A stretch of DNA of 64,000 nucleotides from the NCBI GenBank assembly GCA_039030915.1, contig JBCCDG010000004.1, positions 27,102 to 91,101 of the forward strand, read 5' to 3'. Position 1 is the first letter of the stretch. Each line of letters opens with the position of its first letter. Positions 19,406 through 28,360 of this stretch are shown in pieces. This DNA is from Pseudomonadota bacterium (GTDB lineage: Bacteria > Pseudomonadota > Alphaproteobacteria > Rhodobacterales > Rhodobacteraceae). The translations under genes were made by a program, and so were the position numbers. The notes under the pieces were generated by a model. That model did not search any database and was not told where the DNA came from. It saw nothing but the letters and a program-made list of their open reading frames with translations.

Positions 19406-20326
19406 TCATCGCGCACCTCCGAGCCAGGCATGGAGCTGCAGGAGCGCCTTGCGCGGGCTCTCATCCGTACGGTGGAGGAGAAGTTGCCAGCCCGCGCCCC
19501 GCGCCGCACGCGCTAGATCGTCGCGCCGCTCGGCAAGCCGCTGCACGTAGTGGTCCTTGAGCGCTCTGGCCTCATCGGTCTCGTGGCGGATCGCGTGGCC
19601 GACGCTCTCGAACCGCGTGCGGCCTTCGAAGGGGAAGGTCTCCTCGACCGGATCGAGCACCTGCACGTAGACGCCGCCGATGCCCCGGCCCGCCGCCTTC
19701 CGGAGCGCGGGGAGCACCTGCTCGCGCGGGCCCATGAAATCAGAGAGGAAGACGACGCGGCCGGCGCGAGGCAGCTCGAAATCCGCCGGTGCACCGAAGT
19801 CGGGCGCATCGGCCGGCAGGTCCGCCGAGAGGAGCGCGCCCATGCGCTCGAGCTGGCGCTCACCCGTCCGCGGCCGCTCCGCATCCGTGCCGATCAGGCC
19901 ATACCGCTCCCCACCGCGATTGAGGAGTACCGCGAGCGCCAGCGCAAGAAGCGCCGCTCGGTCCGCCTTCGTCACGCGGCCCTGCCGCGCCTCCCGCGCG
20001 AATTCGGACGCGAACTGCATGGACTTTGCGCGGTCGACCCAGAAGAGCACGGTCTCTGCCGCCTCCCACTCCATCTCCCTGATGAAGAGCCGGTCGGATC
20101 GCGCAGAACGCCGCCAGTCGATTTGGTTGAGACTGTCCCCGGGCTGGGCCGCACGGTACTGCCAGAAGTTCTCCCCCGGGCCGGAACGCCGCCGGCCATG
20201 AACACCATGGAAGGTGGATGCGACCAACCGCTCCGCCTCGACGAGAAGCGGTGGCAGGGCGCCCGAGATCTGCTCGCTGTCGCGCCTCAACCAGGCCGCG
20301 CGCTCGGGGGATAGGCCGGTCGCCAT
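19406..20326 (-). CDS. DUF58 protein (vWA-like MoxR partner)
   Basis: HGRRRSGPGENFWQYR...GD....IDWRRSARSD, IREMEWE, VVFLSDF. ATG at 20326 overlaps the upstream TAA. Confidence 0.92.
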   Translation of the reverse strand: MATGLSPERAAWLRRDSEQISGALPPLLVEAERLVASTFHGVHGRRRSGPGENFWQYRAAQPGDSLNQIDWRRSARSDRLFIREMEWEAAETVLFWVDRAKSMQFASEFAREARQGRVTKADRAALLALALAVLLNRGGERYGLIGTDAERPRTGERQLERMGALLSADLPADAPDFGAPADFELPRAGRVVFLSDFMGPREQVLPALRKAAGRGIGGVYVQVLDPVEETFPFEGRTRFESVGHAIRHETDEARALKDHYVQRLAERRDDLARAARGAGWQLLLHRTDESPRKALLQLHAWLGGAR

Positions 20327-20958
20327 TACTGGCCCTCCTCGGCGCGAATCGAGAGGCGAAAGAGCTCCCAGAACACGCGATCCTCGTCGATCGTGTACTC
20401 GAAGAACAGCCGGTCCGTCTTGTCCTCCCAGCCGAAGCCGATCTCGCCCCGGCCATTCGGCAGCTTCTTGTGAAAGCTTGGCGAGCGGCGGGTGGGCGTA
20501 AAGCGCTGCGCAAACCGCGCCTTCATGATGTCGACCGTGTGGGGCGGCGCGTATTTGGAAGAAGCGTAGGTGACGCAGGCAACCGCCGGCGCAGCAGCTT
20601 CGCCCTGCCACGCCGCGACGCGGCCCTCGAACACGCCAGCGCTCACAGGCACTGCTCTGCCGCGCTCCCTCAAAGTCGTGAAGTCATGCGCCTCCGCCTT
20701 GCGCCAGTCATCGAACCTGCCGACGATCACCTGCAGGGATCCCGCCGAGCGCTCATCGCGCGGCTCGACTGACAGGCCCGACTGAACGGCCCCCTCGACG
20801 ACCGCCTCGATCCCGAACGGCTCTGCCAGGCAGGTACGCTCGAAGATGTCCGCGTGGGGCGAAAGCTTCTCAAAGTCAGACGCATTCGTACCGCCCGCGG
20901 TGAAGAGCGCCGCCAGGCTGCCGAGGGCAACAGCAAGCATCTGATGCGTCGATCTCAA
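20326..20958 (-). CDS. Hypothetical secreted protein inserted in the MoxR operon
   Basis: 210 aa with signal-peptide-like N-terminus and two Cys (DIFERTCL, AVACVT). Overlaps the moxR stop (TTGA) and the DUF58 start (TAATG), filling the gap exactly. Confidence 0.75.
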   Translation of the reverse strand: MRSTHQMLAVALGSLAALFTAGGTNASDFEKLSPHADIFERTCLAEPFGIEAVVEGAVQSGLSVEPRDERSAGSLQVIVGRFDDWRKAEAHDFTTLRERGRAVPVSAGVFEGRVAAWQGEAAAPAVACVTYASSKYAPPHTVDIMKARFAQRFTPTRRSPSFHKKLPNGRGEIGFGWEDKTDRLFFEYTIDEDRVFWELFRLSIRAEEGQ

Positions 20959-21950
20959 GCGGCGGCCTCGAGCGACGCCGCCCCCAGAAGTCCTTCGATG
21001 ACATCGCCGAGACTCGCACCCTCGGCACGGGCGGCGAAGGTGAGAGCCATGCGGTGCGTGAGCGCGGGCGGCGCCAGAGCGCGCACATCCGCGAGATCGG
21101 GCGCGAGCCGCCCCTGCAGGAGAGCACGCGCACGCACCGCCAGCATCAGGGACTGTGCTGCGCGCGGGCCGGGCCCGAAGGCGAGCCGGTCGGTGACCGA
21201 AGGCGCCGCATCGGGCTCACCCGGGCGGGCGGAGCGGACGAGGGCGATAATCGCCTCGACCACCGCCTCCCCAACGGGCATCGCCCTGACAAGACGCTGG
21301 AGCTCGATCAGCCCCTCCGCGTCCAGCACGGGTTCGGCGGTAGCCTCCTCGACACCCGTCGTGGTGAGCAGAATGTCCCGCTCCTCGTCCCGCGTGGGGT
21401 AGCCCATGTCGATCTGGAGCAGGAAGCGGTCCAGCTGCGCCTCGGGCAGCGGGTACGTACCCTCCTGCTCGATAGGGTTCTGGGTGGCGAGCACGTGGAA
21501 CGGCTGCGCCAGCTTGCGCGTCTGCCCCGCGACCGTCACCTCCTTTTCCTGCATCGCCTGCAGGAGAGCAGACTGCGTGCGGGGCGAGGCGCGGTTGATC
21601 TCATCCGCCAGCAGGAGCTGGGTGAATATCGGCCCCTCGATGAACTTGAACATTCGGGCGCCGTCCTGCCCCTCCTCGAGCACCTCGGAGCCCAGGATGT
21701 CCGCAGGCATGAGGTCGGGCGTGAACTGGATCCGGTTGGCATCGAGCCCCATGACCGTGCCCAGTGTCTCGACAAGGCGCGTCTTGGCGAGACCCGGCAC
21801 GCCGACCAGCAGCGCATGCCCGCCCGAGAGGATCACGGTGAGCGCAAGCTCGACCACCTTGTCCTGCCCGACGATGCGCTTGGCGATCTCGCTGCGCGCG
21901 CGCGCCAGCGTGCGGCCAGCTTCCTCGATCTCGTGCACCGGGTCGGACAT
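20955..21950 (-). CDS. MoxR family AAA+ ATPase
   Basis: GHALLVGVPGLAKT (Walker A), RIQFTPDLMPADILG, LLADEINRASPRTQSALL, ATQNPIEQEGTYPLPEAQLDRF. Confidence 0.97.
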   Translation of the reverse strand: MSDPVHEIEEAGRTLARARSEIAKRIVGQDKVVELALTVILSGGHALLVGVPGLAKTRLVETLGTVMGLDANRIQFTPDLMPADILGSEVLEEGQDGARMFKFIEGPIFTQLLLADEINRASPRTQSALLQAMQEKEVTVAGQTRKLAQPFHVLATQNPIEQEGTYPLPEAQLDRFLLQIDMGYPTRDEERDILLTTTGVEEATAEPVLDAEGLIELQRLVRAMPVGEAVVEAIIALVRSARPGEPDAAPSVTDRLAFGPGPRAAQSLMLAVRARALLQGRLAPDLADVRALAPPALTHRMALTFAARAEGASLGDVIEGLLGAASLEAAA

Positions 21951-22101
21951 CAGGCAGGCTCCCTTTCAGAGGCAAGGCGCCGCGCCATTCCGGCCCGCGC
22001 CCGTCGCTTCGCTTCTCGGGCGCGCGGCACAGTGCGTGCTGTCATCCGTTCCCGACAGCCTTAAAGTATAGGTCTGAGCGGAAAGGCAAAGGCTTGACCC
22101 G

Positions 22102-22734
22102 ATGGTTTCATGCGCGAATGGGCAATCTGACACGCCTCAAAGCGGCGTTTCGGTCGATCCGGGCAAGGCGGACAGCCTCGCCAAGGCGGTGAGCGCGGCG
22201 ACAAAGAAGGCGAAGGGTCCCCCGCCAGTTCATCTTTGGAATCCACCCTTTTGCGGCGATCTGGACATCCGGATCACCCGAAACGGGCAGTGGTGGTACC
22301 TCGGCACGCCCATAGGCCGCGAGGCGCTGGTGAAGCTCTTCGCGAGCGTTCTGAAGCTGGAGGACGGCAAACACTATCTCGTTACACCGGTCGAGAAGAT
22401 CGGCATTGCGGTGGATGACGCTCCCTTCGTTGCCGTCGATTTCCGTACCGAAGAGGGACCGATGGGACAGGTTCTGACCTTCGTGACCAATGTGGGCGAC
22501 GAAACTGTTGCCGGCCCGGAGAATCCCATCCGCGTCGCGCGCGACGCGGAAACGGGCGAGCCAAGCCCGTACGTGCATGTCCGCCGCGGGCTCGAGGCGT
22601 TGATCGACCGGAAAAGCTTCTATCGCCTGGTCGAGATCGGCGAGATCGCGGCGCACGAGGGCGAGGACTGGTTCGGCCTGCGCAGCCATGGTCTCTTTTT
22701 TCCAGTCATCCCCGCAGCCGAGCTGCCGGACTGA
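22102..22734 (+). CDS. DUF1285 domain protein
   Basis: GPPPVHLWNPPFCGDLDIRI, YLVTPVEKIGI.VDDAPFVAV, PSPYVHVRRGLEALIDR; divergent from moxR as usual. Confidence 0.92.
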   Translation: MVSCANGQSDTPQSGVSVDPGKADSLAKAVSAATKKAKGPPPVHLWNPPFCGDLDIRITRNGQWWYLGTPIGREALVKLFASVLKLEDGKHYLVTPVEKIGIAVDDAPFVAVDFRTEEGPMGQVLTFVTNVGDETVAGPENPIRVARDAETGEPSPYVHVRRGLEALIDRKSFYRLVEIGEIAAHEGEDWFGLRSHGLFFPVIPAAELPD

Positions 22735-22751
22735 CCGGGCAGCTTGGCCCC

Positions 22752-23696
22752 TCAACCCGACTTTTCGTCGGATTTGCCGAGTTCGGAGCGCAGCTGAGAA
22801 CCGTCATCCGGGTGCCTTCGCTCGAATTCCCGCTCGACGAGTTCCGCCACGCGCTCCGCAAGCGGGCCGGAAAGGCGCTCGTCGATGTCGTGGGTGGTGT
22901 AGTGACGCCGCCGCGACGCCATCAGGGCACTGGCGAGTAGCGCCGTTGGCACCGCCACGATGCCGATACCGATCAGCATGACGATGCCTGTGAAGATGCG
23001 CCCGCCCGCCGTCACCGGCACCACGTCGCCATAGCCGACGGTCGTCAGCGTCGCCACAGCCCACCACATCGACGCGGGGATCGAGGAAAAGGCCTGCGGC
23101 TGCGCCTCGTGCTCGAAGAAGTAGATGCCCGCCGCCGCGAGGTAGAGCGTGACCGTCCCCGCCGCGAGCACCGCCACAAGCTCGTCCCGCACATGGCCGA
23201 GCACCTGCCAGAGCCGCCGCACGGGTGCATCCCGTTCGATCAGCTTGAGGAGCCGCAGCAGGCGCAGAAGCCTGAGCGCCCGCAACCCCAACAGATCGAA
23301 ACCGAGGAGAAGGAGCGTCGGCAGGAAGGAGAGAAGGTCGATGATCCCCCAGAGGCTGGTCGCGTAGCGCAGCGGCCGTTCGGCGGCGATGAGGCGAAGG
23401 ATGTACTCGCAGAGAAAGACCGAGACGGCCACGACCTCGAAGACCCCCAGCAGGATGCGGAGCCAGCCGGGCAGGCCCGGCATTGTCTCGAGCGCGACAG
23501 CGACGGCGGTCAGCAGGATGAAGGCCCCGATGAGGCGCGGGACCGCGGCGCCGAGCGTGGGGTCGCGGCCCTGAAGCGCTGCGGCGAGCCCCTCGCGCCA
23601 GGCCGGGCCGCCCCCCGGCGCTGCTGCCACCTCCTCGTCCTCGTCTCGCCGTTCGGCCACCCGATCCTCCTCCTGCCCATCTGCGCGGACGGTCAA
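22752..23696 (-). CDS. 6-TM voltage-gated-type potassium channel (ion transport protein)
   Basis: Selectivity filter TLTTVGYGD; pore helix FSSIPASMWWA; S4 LRALRLLRLLRLLKL. Start position uncertain. Confidence 0.92.
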   Translation of the reverse strand: MTVRADGQEEDRVAERRDEDEEVAAAPGGGPAWREGLAAALQGRDPTLGAAVPRLIGAFILLTAVAVALETMPGLPGWLRILLGVFEVVAVSVFLCEYILRLIAAERPLRYATSLWGIIDLLSFLPTLLLLGFDLLGLRALRLLRLLRLLKLIERDAPVRRLWQVLGHVRDELVAVLAAGTVTLYLAAAGIYFFEHEAQPQAFSSIPASMWWAVATLTTVGYGDVVPVTAGGRIFTGIVMLIGIGIVAVPTALLASALMASRRRHYTTHDIDERLSGPLAERVAELVEREFERRHPDDGSQLRSELGKSDEKSG

Positions 23697-23727
23697 CGGC
23701 CTTGCCTCCGCCCGCGCGGCGGGTCAC

Positions 23728-24411
23728 ATGAACCCGATGGTGCTCTCCCTCAGCGATATCGAAGACGCGCTCGCGCTGCCACCGCTCGGCGACAGGTCGG
23801 ATTTCGATCTCGCGCCCAAGTTCCGCCCCGCACCCGGATCGGTTCGCGAACGGCCGGCTGCCGTGCTCTGCCCGCTAGTCGAGCGCACGGACGGGCTGCG
23901 CGTGGTCCTGACCGTCCGCTCGAAGCACCTCAAGCACCATGCCGGCCAGATCAGCTTTCCGGGCGGCAAGGTCGATGATGGCGACGCCTCGACCCTCGAC
24001 GCCGCGCTGCGCGAGGCGGAGGAGGAGATCGGCCTTGCGCGGCCGCATGTGCGGGTGGTGGGCGAGCTCGACGCCTATCTCACCTCCACGGCCTTTCGCG
24101 TCTCGCCATTCGTGGGCCTCGTGCCGCCGGAATGGCGCGGCCGGCCGGAACCCGGCGAGGTGGACGAGATCTTCGAGTGCCCGCTGGACTTCCTCATGGA
24201 TCCTTCCAACCGCGTGCAACACCACCGCGAATGGCAAGGCGGACGGCGCTATTTCTACGCCATGCCCTGGGGGGAATACTACATCTGGGGCGCGACCGCC
24301 GGCATGCTTAAGGGCCTTTCTGACCGGCTCGAGCGTCTCGGTCGCCTGCCGGGCGGCAACGACGAGGCGGGGGCGCGGGCGGGCGAGGCGTCCGCGGCGG
24401 GCGGGTCATGA
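23728..24411 (+). CDS. CoA pyrophosphatase (Nudix, NudL/PCD1 family)
   Basis: LTVRSKHLKHHAGQISFPGG (NuCoA motif), Nudix box AALREAEEEIGL, IWGATAGML. Confidence 0.93.
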   Translation: MNPMVLSLSDIEDALALPPLGDRSDFDLAPKFRPAPGSVRERPAAVLCPLVERTDGLRVVLTVRSKHLKHHAGQISFPGGKVDDGDASTLDAALREAEEEIGLARPHVRVVGELDAYLTSTAFRVSPFVGLVPPEWRGRPEPGEVDEIFECPLDFLMDPSNRVQHHREWQGGRRYFYAMPWGEYYIWGATAGMLKGLSDRLERLGRLPGGNDEAGARAGEASAAGGS

Positions 24412-25688
24412 CCGGCGGCATCGTCGCGCCCGCCTGGCGGACGGGAAAGCGCCTGCCGCCCGATCTTCTCGCCACGCCCGGCCTGACGACTGTGCTCGAA
24501 GCGCTCGGCAGTGGCGAGAACGCCTTCATCGTGGGCGGCGCAATCCGGAACAGCCTGCTCGACCGCCCGGTCGGGGACATCGACATCGCCACGCCTCTGG
24601 CGCCCGAGGAAGTCGTCGAGCGCCTGAAGACCGCCGGGCTCAAATCAGTGCCGACCGGTATCGAACACGGCACGGTGACGGCGGTAGCTGCCGGCACGGG
24701 CTATGAGGTCACCGCCTTTCGGGCGGATATCGAGACGGATGGCAGGCGCGCGACCGTCGACTTCGGCCGGGATATGGCCGCCGATGCCGCCCGGCGAGAT
24801 TTCACGGTGAACGCGCTCTATGCCGATGCCTCGGGCACCGTCATCGACCCGCTCGGCGGCATGGCCGATCTGGAGGCTGGTCGCCTCCGCTTCATCGGGG
24901 ATGCAGGGGCCCGTATCCGGGAGGACTATCTCAGGATACTGCGCTTCTTCCGTTTCCACGCCTGGTATGCGGACCCGGCGGGCGGCATCGATGCGGAGGG
25001 GCTTGCGGCCTGCGCAGCGGAGGCGGAGGGGCTTGAAGGTCTTGCGCGGGAGCGTGTCGGCCATGAGTTTCGACGCCTCCTCGCGGCACCCGATCCGGCA
25101 CCCGCGGTCGCCGCCATGGAGACCACGGGCATCCTGGCCCGTTGCCTGCCGGGCGCCGCGGCCGCAGCCCTCGCCCCGTTGCTGCATCTGGAGGCGGCGG
25201 CTGGCCGGGGGGCGGACTGGCGCGCCCGTCTCTCCGCCATCTTGCCCTCCGCGGCGGGCGGAGAGGACCCGGTCGCTACGGCGACGGAGGCGCTTCGCCT
25301 TTCCCGGAACGAGCGTCGGCAACTGGGCGCTATCGCCGCCGCCCGCGCGGCGCTCGCCGCAGGGGAGGCCCCGGGGGCCTGCGCTTATCGCCACGGGGCG
25401 GAGGCGAGTTGGACGGCGCTTTTGGTGGAGGAAGCGACGGCCGGCTGGCAAACCGCGCCCGGCATCCTCGCGCGCGATCCTTCCGCCATCGCCACCGAGA
25501 TAGCCGAGGGCGCGGCCGCCCGCCTGCCCTTGCGCGCCGCGGACCTTGCTGCAGCCGGTATCGCCCCGGGCCCCGCCATCGGACAGGCGCTGGCGAGGGC
25601 CGACGCAGCCTTTGTCGCCAGCGCTTTCACGCTGGACAAGCAGGCTCTGCTCTCGCATGTTCTGAACGATATTGGTCACAAAGACTGA
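24408..25688 (+). CDS. cca: CCA tRNA nucleotidyltransferase (class II)
   Basis: VGGAIRN.LL....DIDIAT, DAARRDFTVNAL, RIREDYLRILRFFRF; 4-bp overlap with the Nudix gene. Confidence 0.85.
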   Translation: MTGGIVAPAWRTGKRLPPDLLATPGLTTVLEALGSGENAFIVGGAIRNSLLDRPVGDIDIATPLAPEEVVERLKTAGLKSVPTGIEHGTVTAVAAGTGYEVTAFRADIETDGRRATVDFGRDMAADAARRDFTVNALYADASGTVIDPLGGMADLEAGRLRFIGDAGARIREDYLRILRFFRFHAWYADPAGGIDAEGLAACAAEAEGLEGLARERVGHEFRRLLAAPDPAPAVAAMETTGILARCLPGAAAAALAPLLHLEAAAGRGADWRARLSAILPSAAGGEDPVATATEALRLSRNERRQLGAIAAARAALAAGEAPGACAYRHGAEASWTALLVEEATAGWQTAPGILARDPSAIATEIAEGAAARLPLRAADLAAAGIAPGPAIGQALARADAAFVASAFTLDKQALLSHVLNDIGHKD

Positions 25689-25724
25689 CCATTATCGCCA
25701 TCGAACCGCATCGGGAGCGCCTGC

Positions 25725-26369
25725 ATGACCCCGGACCAGCTCCTCGCCCTCGCGGGCTTCGCCGTTGCCGCCGCTTGGACGCCCGGCCCCAACAACGTGA
25801 TGCTGGCAGCATCCGGCGCGACCTATGGCTGGCGGCGGACATTGCCTCACGCCATGGGCGTCGCACTCGGCTTTCCGGTCATGGTCTTCGCCATCGCGCT
25901 CGGGCTGGGTGAAATGTTCGAGGCGGCGCCGGCGCTGCGCTTCGGGCTCGCCTGGCTGGGCGCGGCCGTGATGCTCTGGCTGGCATGGCGCATCGGCACC
26001 GCAACGCCGCGGGCCAAGCGGACAGCCGCTTCCGGACCGGATGCCACATCGCACGAGCTGGCACAGGCGGCCTCGGGACGCCCGCTCAATTTCATCGAGG
26101 CGGCTGCCTTTCAATGGGTAAACCCCAAGGCCTGGGTCATGTCCATCGGCGTCTCGGCGACCTATGTGAGCGGGGCGGCACCCATCACCGAGGCGCTGAT
26201 CGTCGCCGCCGTCTTCATGCTCGTAGGGCTCACCTCCTCGCAGGCCTGGACCACCGCAGGCGCCGCCATCGGAAGCCTTCTCGGCAAGGGCGCCCGTCTC
26301 AGGATCTTCAATGCGGTGATGGGACTGCTCATCGCCCTCTCGGCCCTCTGGCTCGTGGTTGACGTCTGA
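25725..26369 (+). CDS. LysE family amino-acid exporter
   Basis: WTPGPNNVMLAASG, FQWVNPKAW; about 6 TM segments. Confidence 0.92.
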   Translation: MTPDQLLALAGFAVAAAWTPGPNNVMLAASGATYGWRRTLPHAMGVALGFPVMVFAIALGLGEMFEAAPALRFGLAWLGAAVMLWLAWRIGTATPRAKRTAASGPDATSHELAQAASGRPLNFIEAAAFQWVNPKAWVMSIGVSATYVSGAAPITEALIVAAVFMLVGLTSSQAWTTAGAAIGSLLGKGARLRIFNAVMGLLIALSALWLVVDV

Positions 26370-26474
26370 GCGCTCCGGCTCCGGCGACGGCGTATGCCTA
26401 TCCACCGGCCCCCAAGGACGTCGTCGTAGGATCGAGCCGGGCGGCAATTTGGCCGCGCGAGGTCGGAACGCGGC

Positions 26475-27062
26475 TTAGCGAAGCGCTGCCGCAGCCTGCC
26501 GCCACCAGGGCTGCGCCGCCAGATGGCGGCGAAGTGGCGTATCGGTTGCGACCGGCGCTTCCTCGATGTAGCGAACGGCCTCGATGCGGCTCGCGCCCGC
26601 CAGGCCTACAAGATGCCGCTCGGCTGCAGGGATCGAGAAGGGCTCGCCCTTTTCCGCGGCGAAATTGGCATCGAGATCGGTCCAGACGGCGCCGGCCCAT
26701 CCGGCCGCCCGGCACCAGGCCGCCACCTCCTCCGCCAGCCCCGGCAAACGGCTCCTGAGAACGCTGGCTCCGGCGCAAGCAACGCCGATGCGGCGCAGGC
26801 TCGCCCGCTCCCGCCGCGCAAGATCCACCGCCGCGCGGAGGAGGCAGCCTCGGTTGGACGCGATGGCGTGGGTCGGGCATGGCACGCCGTGATCGGGATC
26901 GATGCAGACGACGAGCCCACCCAGCCGCTTGGCGCTGACCCTGCTGAACTCGAGCGGCAGGGGCGGGCCGGCGCCCATCTGCCAGCCGCCGGTCACCCGC
27001 CGCTCCAGCCCGTCCATGTCCCAGATCAGCGAGCCCCAGCCGATGACCGCAAACCGCTGCAT
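26475..27062 (-). CDS. Hypothetical protein with GGCT/ChaC-like N-terminal motif
   Basis: N-terminal FAVIGWGSLIWD resembles the (Y/W)GSL motif of gamma-glutamylcyclotransferase-fold proteins; also GPPLPLEFSRVS, LARRE and VWTDL; GGAGGG RBS. Confidence 0.7.
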   Translation of the reverse strand: MQRFAVIGWGSLIWDMDGLERRVTGGWQMGAGPPLPLEFSRVSAKRLGGLVVCIDPDHGVPCPTHAIASNRGCLLRAAVDLARRERASLRRIGVACAGASVLRSRLPGLAEEVAAWCRAAGWAGAVWTDLDANFAAEKGEPFSIPAAERHLVGLAGASRIEAVRYIEEAPVATDTPLRRHLAAQPWWRQAAAALR

Positions 27063-27249
27063 GCGAACCCTCCCTGGATCCGAGCGCCTGCGCGACGGCG
27101 CATCGCCGCGCCGCTATCACGAACCGATCACGCAGCAACCCGGATGCGCACAGCCGCGTGAAACGTCCCGCATTGCCCCTAGCAGAACGGGCGGCGGCGT
27201 ACCACGCTCTCACCTCAGCGCGATGCGCACCTATTGGAGAGGAGCCAAC

Positions 27250-27708
27250 ATGACCGACCCCGCCCTGAGCCGCCGCACCACCCTTCGTCTCCTCGCCATG
27301 GGCACAGCCCTGCCGCTGGCCGCCTGCGCCGGCGGCGGCCCGGCCGACAGGCCGTCGGCAGCAGTCGAGCCCGCGATCGCACCCGACGCGCGCGTCACCG
27401 CACGCGGGACGTTCGAGGGTCGCTCCAAGCACGTGACCACCGGCCATGCCAGCATTGTCTTCTCGAACGGCAACGTGATCATCCAGCTTGAGGACGATTT
27501 CAGCTTTGATGGCGCGCCCGACCCGAAGGTGGCGCTTGGGGAGGGTGGGTTCGATCCCGACACGATCCACGGTGCGCTCCGCTCCAACACCGGCGCGCAG
27601 GCCTACACGCTGAAGCCCGGGCTCGATATCGGCAACTACACCGAGGTCTGGATCTGGTGCGAGCAGTTCTCCGTACCGCTCGGCGTCGCCAAGCTCACGC
27701 TGACCTGA
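27250..27708 (+). CDS. DM13 domain protein, putative Tat-exported lipoprotein
   Basis: GAGGAG RBS; SRRTTL twin-arginine motif and LAAC lipobox; DM13 motifs GTFEG...H.TTG, DGAPDPKVAL, GAQAY and VWIWCEQFSVPLG.A. Confidence 0.88.
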   Translation: MTDPALSRRTTLRLLAMGTALPLAACAGGGPADRPSAAVEPAIAPDARVTARGTFEGRSKHVTTGHASIVFSNGNVIIQLEDDFSFDGAPDPKVALGEGGFDPDTIHGALRSNTGAQAYTLKPGLDIGNYTEVWIWCEQFSVPLGVAKLTLT

Positions 27709-27751
27709 CGCGCTTCTCCAGCCGGTGCCGGACGGGCATCGGCGTCGCCGG

Positions 27752-27877
27752 GGGCAGGATGGCGGGTGGGCGGCGCAAGGCGCAGACCGAAGGGCTGCGA
27801 CGCGCGCACGGGCCCCCGTCATCCTGCCTCCGTCATCCTGGTCCTGAAGTCGCGCCGCGCAGTCCGTCATCCTGCCC
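27752..27877. repeat. REP-like palindromic element between convergent genes
   Basis: Terminal inverted repeat gggcaggatggcgg (27752-27765) / ccgtcatcctgccc (27864-27877); ccgtcatcctg also occurs at 27816 and 27830. Confidence 0.5.
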
Positions 27878-27890
27878 GCCCCTGTCCAGC

Positions 27891-28235
27891 TCAGGCGCCC
27901 AGCGGCACCGCATCCGACGGCGCCTCGGCACGGTCCTCCATGCCATAGTCGCGGATCACGCTGGCCACGCGCAGCCGATAGCCCGCCATCATCCCCGTCC
28001 GCCCCGTCACCTGGGCCTTTCGGTGGCGCGGGCGGTTGCGCCAGGCATCGAGCGCCGCCTCGTCGCGCCAGAAGCTCAGCGACACGAGCTTGCCGGGCGT
28101 CGTCATGCTCTCGAAGCGCTCGACGGAGATGAAGCCGTCAATGGCCTCCACCTCCGCCTTCAGCGAGGCAGCAAGCGCCATGTAGCCCTCCATCGCGCCG
28201 TCCGCCGGCTCAACCTCGAAAATCACAGCGATCAT
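27891..28235 (-). CDS. Antibiotic biosynthesis monooxygenase (ABM) domain protein
   Basis: MIAVIFEVEP, IDGFISVERFES, LSFWRDE.A...WRN...H..AQ, YRLRVA.V.RDYG. Confidence 0.92.
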   Translation of the reverse strand: MIAVIFEVEPADGAMEGYMALAASLKAEVEAIDGFISVERFESMTTPGKLVSLSFWRDEAALDAWRNRPRHRKAQVTGRTGMMAGYRLRVASVIRDYGMEDRAEAPSDAVPLGA

Positions 28236-28360
28236 GGCTTCCGTCCTCCCTGCTCACGCGTTTCTCGCCCGTAGCTTGGCGATCTAGCGCAACCTGGGCC
28301 CAAGGAGGAGCCCATCGCGGGGTACGGGTGCGCGAGTGGGGCGAGCGCGCATGGCGAGGC

